The notes under the pieces were generated by a model. The model saw nothing but the letters and a program-made list of their open reading frames with translations, searched no databases and was not told the origin of the DNA. Below are positions 49,290 through 58,011 of a stretch of DNA of 64,000 nt, piece by piece. The position numbers were made by a program, and so were the translations under genes. The DNA comes from an uncultured Clostridia bacterium (GTDB lineage: Bacteria; Bacillota; Clostridia; Christensenellales; UBA1242). The stretch lies in NCBI GenBank assembly GCA_944384445.1, contig CALWTL010000002.1:3087-67086 (forward strand). Reading direction: 5' to 3'. The stretch's first letter is position 1; each line of letters begins with the position of its first letter.

Positions 49290-51089
49290 ATGATGAAAAG
49301 TAGTATTTCTCCACAATTTTTAGATGAAGTTAGGTCAAAAAATGACATAGTAGATGTAGCTAGCAAATATATGACATTAAGTCGACGTGGTGGTAATTAT
49401 TGGGCATGTTGTCCTTTTCATAACGAAAAAACTCCTTCTTTTTCTATAAAACAAGACTGGCAAATATATAAATGCTTTGGTTGTGGTGAGAGCGGAAATG
49501 TATTTAATCTAGTAATGAAACTAGAAAATGTTGATTTTTATACAGCCGTTGAAATGCTTGCAAAAAATGCTGGCCTAGAAATGCCTAACGAGAAAGATAA
49601 TTTAGAAATGCAAAAATTAAAGTATCAAAGAGATAGAATCTATCAAATATTAAAAGCAACTACTGATTTTTATCATAACAATTTATTAAATTCTAAAGAT
49701 TCTAACCAAAGACGATATCTAGAAAAACGTAAAATATCCCCTGAAATGATTGAAAAATTTAAAATAGGTGCTTCATTAAATTATGAAGATTTACCAAAGT
49801 ATTTGCATAAACTGGGTTTCAAAGCTGAAGAAATGATATCAGCGGGAGTTGTTGGAAAAAACGAAAAAGGGTTTTTATATGATTTTTATGGCGAAAGATT
49901 AATTTTCCCTATTTTCAATGGTTTTGGAGATGTTGTAGCATATTCAGGTAGGTCTGTTGATGATAATACACAAAAAGCTAAGTATAAAAATACACCGCAG
50001 ACTTTAGTTTTCAATAAAAGTGAAATATTATTTGGATATAATTTTTTACGTGATTTGAAAAAACAGCATATGCTTGACACAGTAATAATAGTAGAAGGGC
50101 ATATTGACGTGATAACTTGTCATCAATTTGGAATTACAAATGTTATAGGTAGTATGGGCACAGCTTTGACCAGTCAACATGCTAGGAAAATTAGTCAATT
50201 AGCTGATAATGTAATCTTATGTTTAGATGCTGACAGTGCTGGCAACAAAGCAACTTATAATGGTATTGATGAATTAAGAAATATTGGTTTAAATGTAAAA
50301 GTTGTTCGTTTGAATATTCAGATTGCTAAAGACCCAGATGAGTTTTTAAAGAAACGATCAAAAAATGAATTTATTGAAATACTTAGCAATGCTAAAGATT
50401 GTATTGAATTTGTGTTAGAGGATAGTGCAAAAAAGTATAATTTAGAAATTAGTTCAGATAAAAATAGATACATAAATGAAGCATTAAATTATATTTCAAA
50501 ATTTTCTTCACCAGCTGAAAAAGAAATATATTTAAATGTATTGCAAAAAAAAGTGAAAGTTCCTATTGATGTCTTGAAACGAACGTTTGACATTATAAAT
50601 AAAGACAATGTTCAAATTAATAAGACAGAAAAAGAAGAACAGATTGTTAACGAAACTGAATCTAATAATTATATTTTAGAAAGTAAAATTATGTTATTAG
50701 CATCTGTATTACATAAAAAGATAAAAAATATTGATGAATTATCAGGACTTTTTGACTCAGGTGATGAATTAAGTGAATTATATAGATTTTTAAAAGAAAA
50801 ATTAAATAATAATTTTGATTATAATGTTTCTATGTTATATGATAATTTTGATATTAAAGATAAATCTTTAATTGACAAGGTTATTAATTATAATTTTCCA
50901 GCAGATGATGTGTATGAAACATATTTAAAAGATACAATTAAACGTGTAAAAATATATGAAATGGAAAAAAATTTATTAGAAATAAAAAATAAGATGTTAA
51001 ATTGTGTGACAGATAAAGATAGATTTTCTTGTTTAAATGAGATGAAAGAATTGCAAGAAAAGATTAGTAAGGAGAAATCAAAACGGTGA
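49290..51089 (+). CDS. dnaG: DNA primase
   Basis: Zinc ribbon CPFHNEKTPSFSI...CFGCGESGN and Toprim (EGHIDV, DADSAG). ATG 49290 follows a GGAG RBS. Confidence 0.95.
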   Translation: MMKSSISPQFLDEVRSKNDIVDVASKYMTLSRRGGNYWACCPFHNEKTPSFSIKQDWQIYKCFGCGESGNVFNLVMKLENVDFYTAVEMLAKNAGLEMPNEKDNLEMQKLKYQRDRIYQILKATTDFYHNNLLNSKDSNQRRYLEKRKISPEMIEKFKIGASLNYEDLPKYLHKLGFKAEEMISAGVVGKNEKGFLYDFYGERLIFPIFNGFGDVVAYSGRSVDDNTQKAKYKNTPQTLVFNKSEILFGYNFLRDLKKQHMLDTVIIVEGHIDVITCHQFGITNVIGSMGTALTSQHARKISQLADNVILCLDADSAGNKATYNGIDELRNIGLNVKVVRLNIQIAKDPDEFLKKRSKNEFIEILSNAKDCIEFVLEDSAKKYNLEISSDKNRYINEALNYISKFSSPAEKEIYLNVLQKKVKVPIDVLKRTFDIINKDNVQINKTEKEEQIVNETESNNYILESKIMLLASVLHKKIKNIDELSGLFDSGDELSELYRFLKEKLNNNFDYNVSMLYDNFDIKDKSLIDKVINYNFPADDVYETYLKDTIKRVKIYEMEKNLLEIKNKMLNCVTDKDRFSCLNEMKELQEKISKEKSKR

Positions 51090-51613
51090 TTAAAATAGAT
51101 AAAACAGATAAATTATATAAATACTTAGAAAATTTAGGCGTCAATGATATAGATAGTATTTATAACGAATTAGCGACAAATGGTAGATATAAACCTAAGG
51201 ATATTCACATATATTTTATGTCTAAGTTTCAACCAAGCATGACTAATGAATGTGATGAATCAGATTTGGAAAAAATTTTAGATTATCATGTTGACTTGAA
51301 AAAAATAAAAAAGATATCTGAAAGCAAATTGAATTTGTTGTTAAAACAATTTGAAGACACTAGAGATTCAAATATACGTGAAGAAATTATAAATTCTAAA
51401 TTAAAAGATGTTTTATATTTATGTATAAATTATCATACTCTGCATAAAGACGTGGACATACAAGATTTGGTTCAGGTGGCGAACATTGGATTAATTGAAG
51501 CACTAAATCATTACAAAACAAAAGCAAAAATTAATTTTAACGATTATATACTTTATTGGATTAGGGAAAAAATTATAGAAGAATTTGAGGAGAAAGAAAA
51601 TGGTAAACATTGA
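51086..51613 (+). CDS. sigma-70 region 1.2/2.1-2.2-like protein lacking regions 2.4, 3 and 4
   Basis: [40 protein letters not shown] aligns with Sig[38 protein letters not shown]. The ORF ends 10 aa later. GTG 51086 overlaps the dnaG TGA, and the 3' end overlaps the sigA start by 14 nt. Confidence 0.6.
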   Translation: MIKIDKTDKLYKYLENLGVNDIDSIYNELATNGRYKPKDIHIYFMSKFQPSMTNECDESDLEKILDYHVDLKKIKKISESKLNLLLKQFEDTRDSNIREEIINSKLKDVLYLCINYHTLHKDVDIQDLVQVANIGLIEALNHYKTKAKINFNDYILYWIREKIIEEFEEKENGKH

Positions 51614-52697
51614 TGAAATTAAGCAAAAATTATTACAACAGATGAAAGACCTTCATCAAAAGTCAATTTCAGAAGATAGATTATGTAGCAAACTAATAGG
51701 AAAATATGAAGATATTAATGCTGATGAAGTTGAAAATATTAAACAGTATCTTATTTCTAACGGAATTACAATAACTGACAGAAGCGATGTTCCAATTGAT
51801 GATAAAGAATTTGAAGATATTATCAGTCAAATAAATGTTAATGATTCTGTTAAATTATATTTAAAAGAAATTGGCAATATTCCACTTTTGACTCCGGAAG
51901 AAGAACGTGAATTAAGTAGACAACTTATTGAGGAACATAGTGAATATGCACGTAATAAATTGCGTGAATCTAATTTGAGACTTGTTGTTAGTATTGCAAA
52001 ACGATATCAAAACAAAATGCCTTTTCTTGATTTGATTCAAGAAGGGAATGTCGGTCTTATGAAGGCTGTGGACAAGTTTGACTATACTAAAGGATATAAG
52101 TTTTCTACTTATGGCACGTGGTGGATTAGACAAAGTATTACACGTGCAATTTCAGACCATGCGAGATTGATTAGAACACCAGTTCATATGGTTGAGACTA
52201 TGTTAAAACATAGTAGAGCAGTACGTGAATTATTACAAGAATTAGGAAGAGACCCTACTGTTGAAGAAATTGCTGAGAGATTAAATACAACTGTAGATAA
52301 AGTCATTGAAGTACAACGTATTTCTCAAGATCCAATTTCACTTGAGAGCAAAATGGGCAATGAAGAAGATAGCAAAATAGGTGATATTATACCAGACGAA
52401 AATGCACTTTCTCCGCATGATATTACTATGCAAAATATGCTAAAAGAACAATTAATGAGCGTATTGGAAACATTAACTCCACGTGAACAAAAAGTTATCA
52501 GATTAAGATATGGGTTGGACGATGCACACCCAAGGACACTAGAAGAAGTCGGTAGAGAATTCTCTGTCACTCGTGAAAGAATCAGACAAATTGAAGCAAA
52601 AGCATTGCGTAAATTACGTCATCCATCTAAATTAAAACGTTTGCGTGATGATTTGTCAGATGATGATGACGATAAAGGAATGAAAGGGAGAAGTTAG
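51600..52697 (+). CDS. sigA: primary RNA polymerase sigma factor SigA/RpoD
   Basis: Regions 1.2 to 4.2 are complete ([58 protein letters not shown]). ATG 51600 follows GAGGAG. Confidence 0.95.
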   Translation: MVNIDEIKQKLLQQMKDLHQKSISEDRLCSKLIGKYEDINADEVENIKQYLISNGITITDRSDVPIDDKEFEDIISQINVNDSVKLYLKEIGNIPLLTPEEERELSRQLIEEHSEYARNKLRESNLRLVVSIAKRYQNKMPFLDLIQEGNVGLMKAVDKFDYTKGYKFSTYGTWWIRQSITRAISDHARLIRTPVHMVETMLKHSRAVRELLQELGRDPTVEEIAERLNTTVDKVIEVQRISQDPISLESKMGNEEDSKIGDIIPDENALSPHDITMQNMLKEQLMSVLETLTPREQKVIRLRYGLDDAHPRTLEEVGREFSVTRERIRQIEAKALRKLRHPSKLKRLRDDLSDDDDDKGMKGRS

Positions 52698-53396
52698 ATG
52701 AAAACAATATTAGAGATACAAAAACTAGATAGGCAAATTCGAGCATTATTAAGAGAAGTTGATAGATGTCCTGCAAGTTTAGATTTTAAAAATTATAAAA
52801 AACTTCTACAAGAAGGAAAGATAAGGTTTGAACAATTAGAAGCCCAAGCAAATGAAATAATTAAAAATTACAATGTAGCATCTAATAAATTTGCCAACTA
52901 TAAAGGTAATAGCGAAATTATTCGTAAACGCAATGTTGAAAACATTAATTTAGATAATATATCCACTTTAATAACTGATGCTAATAGTTTAGTGGGTGAG
53001 TTAAGTGAAGAACATAGGAAAATAGAAGATTTGGTTCGTAAATCAGAAGAAATAGTAAGAAAAAGTGCAGAATTATCTAATAAATTGACTGAAGCAAAAT
53101 CAAGGTCTGGTGCAATTAAAGCAAAAATAGAGGCAAAAAAACAAGAAGTTGCTCCAAAGATTGCAGAATTAGAAAAAAAAATAAGTGAGTTAGAACCAAA
53201 AGTCGAGGATAAAGAAAAATATGAAAAATATAAAGAAATGAAAGCAAATGGAATATTCCCTGTTTACGTACCATTAGAAGAAAATTTTTGTGGTGGTTGT
53301 AAGGTCGAACTTCCTCTAAATTTCATTGAAAAATTGAAAACAAAGAAAATGCTTCCTTGTGAGCATTGTGGCAGAATTATTATGCTAGATAAGTAA
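52698..53396 (+). CDS. coiled-coil protein with C-terminal C4 zinc ribbon (COG1579/DUF164-like)
   Basis: Long heptad-rich N-terminus, then CGGCKVELP....CEHCGRII. Confidence 0.7.
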   Translation: MKTILEIQKLDRQIRALLREVDRCPASLDFKNYKKLLQEGKIRFEQLEAQANEIIKNYNVASNKFANYKGNSEIIRKRNVENINLDNISTLITDANSLVGELSEEHRKIEDLVRKSEEIVRKSAELSNKLTEAKSRSGAIKAKIEAKKQEVAPKIAELEKKISELEPKVEDKEKYEKYKEMKANGIFPVYVPLEENFCGGCKVELPLNFIEKLKTKKMLPCEHCGRIIMLDK

Positions 53397-53427
53397 TTAT
53401 ATTAATATACTTTTCATATATATTAAT

Positions 53428-54480
53428 ATGAAAAGTGGAAATAAATTATGGTCCACTATTGTGGACTATTTTTTAATTTTAAGCGCTATTATTGGAGTAG
53501 GCTTTGCATCGGGCAAAGAAATATGTGTTTTCTTTTTTGAATATGAAGCAGGTTCAATCGTTGGTTTAATGGCTTTTGGTTTATTATATATATATTTATT
53601 TTTTATCGTAGAATATATTAGAAAAAAATGCGAATTAAAAAGTTATAATGATTTTAATATGGCAATATTTGGCAAATTATGTAAATTATCAGAAATTGTA
53701 ATGCTAATAAATTTTGCAATAACAAGCGCTGGTATGCTTGCAGGTGCGGATTATTTATTTAAAACTTTTTTAGGAATAGGCTATAAAATACCATCAATTG
53801 TTTTATCAATACTAACTCTTTTTCTTTTAATAGGTGGAATTAATAAAATTAAATTTGTAGCTAATTTGATAATACCATTGATGATAGGTGTTATTGTTAT
53901 TAACTCTATCGGTAATGTTAATCCTGAAAATGTAAATATGACAATTACAATGAAAAATTCTATGATGGCGATATATTATGGTTTATTGTTTGGAGTCAAT
54001 AATTTTGTTGCAGCATTACCTGTTTTATTTGAAACTAAATTAAAGACAAAAGGGAAGTTAGCAGTAATATTAAGTATTTGTTTAATAATATTGTTAAATA
54101 TTTTGGTATTTGCTAGCAATAATTTTGTGACTGATATGCCTATGTTTGAATTGAGTAAAAACATATCAGTTTGGTTTTATTATATATATTTTGCAGCATT
54201 ACTTATGGGATTATTTTCAACATTGATGATTTGTAGTCATAACATGAAAGTATTAATATCAAAAGATAAAAAAAATTTATTTGTTTCAATAACTATAGTA
54301 TTATTTAATTTAATATTATCTAATGTCGGATATGCTTTTATTGTAAAATATTTGTATGTAGTATCTGGTATTTTTAGTGGAGTATATGTTATATGTTTGA
54401 TAGTATTAATTATTATAAAATTAATAAAAATAAAAAGACAAAAAAATAATAAAATAATTGAAAATAATTCTAATAAATAA
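53428..54480 (+). CDS. YkvI-family polytopic membrane protein
   Basis: IIGVGFASGKEICVFF near the N-terminus and about 10-11 TM helices. Confidence 0.6.
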   Translation: MKSGNKLWSTIVDYFLILSAIIGVGFASGKEICVFFFEYEAGSIVGLMAFGLLYIYLFFIVEYIRKKCELKSYNDFNMAIFGKLCKLSEIVMLINFAITSAGMLAGADYLFKTFLGIGYKIPSIVLSILTLFLLIGGINKIKFVANLIIPLMIGVIVINSIGNVNPENVNMTITMKNSMMAIYYGLLFGVNNFVAALPVLFETKLKTKGKLAVILSICLIILLNILVFASNNFVTDMPMFELSKNISVWFYYIYFAALLMGLFSTLMICSHNMKVLISKDKKNLFVSITIVLFNLILSNVGYAFIVKYLYVVSGIFSGVYVICLIVLIIIKLIKIKRQKNNKIIENNSNK

Positions 54481-54567
54481 AAAAAATAAATAATAAATTA
54501 ACATTATATAAAATATTTATAATTATTTAATAAAAAATAAAAAAATAAAATTATTATTATTTTTTTA

Positions 54568-55116
54568 TTAATATTTATATATTTTTTCATAAAATTTTAT
54601 ATTTTTTTTAATTTTTTTTATATATTTATTTGTTTCTTTATATGGAATATATTTTAATGTTATGTCGTCCGTTGAAAAATTTTCATCATTTAGCTAAACT
54701 CTTACACGAGTTTCTCCTGCATTATATGCGGATAAAGCGGTATAAATATTTTCAAATTTATTTATTAAATAATTTAAATAGCGACAACCAAATTCTATAT
54801 TTTTTTTTGCAGATAATAAATCATTTTCATTTATATTTTCATTTAAATTATAATATTCGTTCATGTATTGTGCAGTTGAAAGTTTTATTTGCATTAAACC
54901 TAGTGCATTTTTGTTTGATACAGCATCTTCTTTATATGAACTTTCAACATTTATTACACTTGCTACAATATATGAAGGAATAGAAAATTTTTCAGCATTT
55001 GTTATAATTAAACTTTCATATTTGATAGGGTGTGTTATTGCTTGAAAAGTTTTATATGCTGATAATCCTAATGCAAATATAAAACTTGCTATCAATAATA
55101 TCGCTAATTTTTTCAT
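54568..55116 (-). pseudogene. SLT-domain lytic transglycosylase interrupted by an in-frame TAG (54694-54696)
   Basis: Track ORF 54694-55116 has a signal anchor, catalytic VESSYK, GLMQI and AYNAG. Reading on in frame past the TAG gives LNDENFSTDDITLKYIPYKETNKYIKKIKKNIKFYEKIYKY then TAA (54568-54570), the usual C-terminal tail of this family. Confidence 0.75.
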
Positions 55117-55133
55117 ATCTATATTATACGCAA

Positions 55134-56312
55134 TTAAAATTCTTTATAATCTTTTGCAAATGAAATTATATTATCTCCATATTTTTCTTTTAAATAATCT
55201 ATGGTAGAGCATAAGTTTTCATTTTTTATATTAGTGAATAAGTTTATTTGAAGTTCATCTTCCTTATTAATTAAATTTGATGTACAAATTCTTAATGCTC
55301 GAACAGGTGCAAATTTATCTCCTGCTAAATGAGAAAATATTTCAAATGAATAATTGAAAATATCTTGTTCATTACTGAAATAATGATCCATTGTATTTTG
55401 TGCTGATAAATATGTAAAATCAGCAAATTTGATTGTTAAATGAATTGTTTTTGCTGAAAATTTATGCGCTCTTAATCTTCTTGAAACTTTCGATGCTAAA
55501 TCGTGTAGAAAATTTTTAATTTCTTCTAAATTTTTCATATCTTTAACTGCAGTGGCACCATTTCCTACACTTTTTGTATCTTCATCTTTTGGAGTGATTA
55601 ATTTATCATCGTCAATACCACTTACTGCATTATGTAAATATAGTCCAACTATTCCAAAATGATGACGTAATAATTTTGGATCTAATAAATATAAATCATA
55701 TAGTGTGTTGACATTCATCATACGCAATTTTTTTGCAGTATGCTTTCCAATCATAATCATATCGTCTATATTTAATTTTTTTATAATATCAATATGATTG
55801 CTTTCATCAATAATTGTTAAACCGCGAGGTTTTTTCATATCACTGCCAAGTTTTGCTAAAGTTTTTCCCCAAGATATTCCGATAGAAACAGACAATCCTA
55901 ATTCTTCGCTAATTTGATTTTGAATTTTTATTGCTAATTCTTTTGGCGTACAATTAAAGAATTTTAAACTATCTGTTATATCTAGCCAACATTCATCTAT
56001 ACCAAAAGGTTCAATAATATCGGTATATTGGTAGTAGATTTTATGTGCTTTTTCACTGTATTCTTGGTATTTATCAAAATGTGGTGCTACAGTTATAAGA
56101 GTAGGGCACTTTTGTTTTGCTTCCCAGATTGCTTCACCCGTTTTTACACCATAAACTTTAGCTATATAGTTTTTTGCAAGAATTATCCCTGTACGTTTAT
56201 TTGGATCTCCTGCAACAGCTACTGCATAATTTTTTATGTTAGGATTCAATAAACATTCTACTGATGCATAAAAGTTATTCATATCAATGTGTAATATAAC
56301 TCTTTTGTCCAT
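55134..56312 (-). CDS. dinB: DNA polymerase IV (Y family)
   Basis: ILHIDMNNFYASVE, SIDECWLD-like GIDECWLD and the little-finger domain. ATG 56312 lies 9 nt after GGAG; the track TTG start lies within the RBS. Confidence 0.9.
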   Translation of the reverse strand: MDKRVILHIDMNNFYASVECLLNPNIKNYAVAVAGDPNKRTGIILAKNYIAKVYGVKTGEAIWEAKQKCPTLITVAPHFDKYQEYSEKAHKIYYQYTDIIEPFGIDECWLDITDSLKFFNCTPKELAIKIQNQISEELGLSVSIGISWGKTLAKLGSDMKKPRGLTIIDESNHIDIIKKLNIDDMIMIGKHTAKKLRMMNVNTLYDLYLLDPKLLRHHFGIVGLYLHNAVSGIDDDKLITPKDEDTKSVGNGATAVKDMKNLEEIKNFLHDLASKVSRRLRAHKFSAKTIHLTIKFADFTYLSAQNTMDHYFSNEQDIFNYSFEIFSHLAGDKFAPVRALRICTSNLINKEDELQINLFTNIKNENLCSTIDYLKEKYGDNIISFAKDYKEF

Positions 56313-56335
56313 ATTTTTGTTCTCCAATTATTTAT

Positions 56336-56364
56336 ATTATAGAACAAATGTTCGATAAAATCAA
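56336..56364 (-). promoter_or_regulatory. SOS-type promoter of dinB
   Basis: Minus strand reads TTGATT (56364-56359), 17-nt spacer, TATAAT (56341-56336). Confidence 0.65.
56341..56354. promoter_or_regulatory. LexA (Cheo/SOS) box
   Basis: Minus strand CGAACATTTGTTCT has a perfect GAAC-N4-GTTC core, filling the -35/-10 spacer of the dinB promoter. Confidence 0.75.
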
Positions 56365-56516
56365 GAGATTAAAAAAATAAATTAAAAATTTATTATATTT
56401 TTATAAAGATAAAAATCAAAAAAATAAGAAAAATAAAATAGAAAAATGTAAAATTTGACTAGTATAATTTTTTTTGATATAATAAAATTAATTAATAAAT
56501 TTACAAAAGGGTAAAT

Positions 56517-57101
56517 ATGAGATTCATTAATGCAAAATTTATCAAAAGTGCAGAAAAAAAATCAGATTTTATATTAGATAACTTGCCTCAAATCGCAGTA
56601 GTGGGTAGAAGCAATGTTGGTAAAAGCAGTCTAATTAATTTACTAACAAATAATAAGAAAATGGCTAAAACCAGTTCGACACCAGGAAGAACTAGATTAG
56701 TTAATTATTTTAATATTGACAATAAATTTTATATTGTAGATTTACCAGGATATGGTTATGCAAAAGCAAGTAAAAATATGACTAACGCATGGGACAATGT
56801 TATGAATGATTATTTTGTAGATAATGATAATTTAAAATTAGTATTTGTATTATTAGATTGTCGGCATAACCCATCAGTACTTGATATTCAAATGGTAAAT
56901 TATTTAGCAGAAAATGAAATACCATCAATTTTAATTTTGACTAAAGTTGACAAACTTAGCAAATCGGAGCTAAATAAAAATATAGCTAATATTTCTAATT
57001 TATTAAGATATAATAAAAATATGATTATTCCTACAAGTTCAGAAAAAAAAATAGGGGTTTCACAAATTGAAAAAATATTAGATGAATATATTTTGTTGTA
57101 A
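56517..57101 (+). CDS. engB: ribosome biogenesis GTPase YsxC/EngB
   Basis: GRSNVGKSSLIN, TPGRT, DLPGYGYA and TKVDK. 194 aa. Confidence 0.9.
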   Translation: MRFINAKFIKSAEKKSDFILDNLPQIAVVGRSNVGKSSLINLLTNNKKMAKTSSTPGRTRLVNYFNIDNKFYIVDLPGYGYAKASKNMTNAWDNVMNDYFVDNDNLKLVFVLLDCRHNPSVLDIQMVNYLAENEIPSILILTKVDKLSKSELNKNIANISNLLRYNKNMIIPTSSEKKIGVSQIEKILDEYILL

Positions 57102-57140
57102 TGTTTATCTAAGTAAATAAAATAATTTAATAATAAAAAA

Positions 57141-57177
57141 GTACATAACTATGACTTATGTACTTTTATTTTTTTAT
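57141..57177. terminator. bidirectional intrinsic terminator between engB and ORF 57184
   Basis: 8-bp arms GTACATAA / TTATGTAC with an A-run before and a T-run after. Confidence 0.7.
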
Positions 57178-57183
57178 TGAGTT

Positions 57184-57849
57184 TTATCTAGCATTCGTAG
57201 ATTGTGGCGAAACAGCTGTTGGATATAACGGCAAGTCAAATACTCCTGGACACACATCATTACCTGTAAATGGTGTGCAAGGAGGGATAGGACAATATCC
57301 ATAACTTGGTACTAGAACATCTACAACTGCTACTACTTTTAATATAGTTGTGACGCAGGCAGATATGGTGAATCCTCCTGTTGATGTGTTATAAACACCA
57401 CTAGCAATTACAGCACTTCCAAATGCTACCACATCAATTGGTGTTAATGAAGGCTGTGGTACATATAAAATTACATCTTGACTCATTGTAATTGTACCTT
57501 CAGCAGTACCAGGTACGTTATTTTGATCAGTATATGTAATTGTGACAGGTATGTTTATATTTGCTTGAACTCTTGCAAAGTTAGGTCTATCTTCAAATCT
57601 AGTAATAGTAAGATTGCTAACAGTTGCATTACTTCCTACTGAATTTCCACTTACAAATGTCAATGGAGTGGTAGGTCCGGCAGGATTGAAGTTTGTCAAT
57701 GTTAAAGAATAGTCTTCAAGTTGTACTTGTGACATACAAGCGTCAAATACCTTTGTTGCTTGAATACAAATACGTTCACAAAGTCCATTCATAACATTGT
57801 TCGTTTGACCTGGGAATATTCCTGGTCTAGAATCTGTATAAAAAGACAT
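57184..57849 (-). CDS. hypothetical beta-rich protein with terminal Cys clusters (structural protein candidate)
   Basis: 221 aa with a perfect AGGAGG RBS 5 nt before the ATG, its own terminator and no signal peptide. T/V/P/G/S/N-rich, with Cys at 24, 28 and 38 and four more in the last ~60 aa. Locally much higher G+C than its flanks. Confidence 0.7.
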   Translation of the reverse strand: MSFYTDSRPGIFPGQTNNVMNGLCERICIQATKVFDACMSQVQLEDYSLTLTNFNPAGPTTPLTFVSGNSVGSNATVSNLTITRFEDRPNFARVQANINIPVTITYTDQNNVPGTAEGTITMSQDVILYVPQPSLTPIDVVAFGSAVIASGVYNTSTGGFTISACVTTILKVVAVVDVLVPSYGYCPIPPCTPFTGNDVCPGVFDLPLYPTAVSPQSTNAR

Positions 57850-58011
57850 TTTAACCTCCTACAATACTAATATATAGTATTCGTTTTAGTTTCAAATTGT
57901 GAAAATATAATTGATTTAATAAAATTATTTGAATACTTAATTGTCTTTATTAAGTGTCTTAAAAATTAGATTTGACAAAAATAATTTTATTTGTTAGTCT
58001 ATTATAGTAAT

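Noticed and set aside
52695-52700. The sigA TAG is immediately followed, in the same frame, by the ATG of the zinc-ribbon gene, raising the possibility of a readthrough fusion.
   Set aside because: SigA already has its complete region 4.2 and a normal C-terminus. The last codons double as the RBS (AAAGGGAG) for the next gene. This is ordinary tight operon packing.
54690-54700. A-to-I mRNA editing (UAG->UIG and UGA->UGI, both read as Trp) rescuing the two stops.
   Set aside because: This is numerically neat. However, the only known bacterial mRNA editor (TadA) needs a tRNA-Arg-like loop with the edited A in a UACG context. The contexts here are UUUAGCUA and CUUGAGGU. There is no supporting evidence in the sequence.
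54630-54983. 117-aa plus-strand ORF overlapping the SLT gene.
   Set aside because: It is antisense to a gene with clear SLT motifs. The translation is low-complexity (L/H/Y/F) with no RBS.
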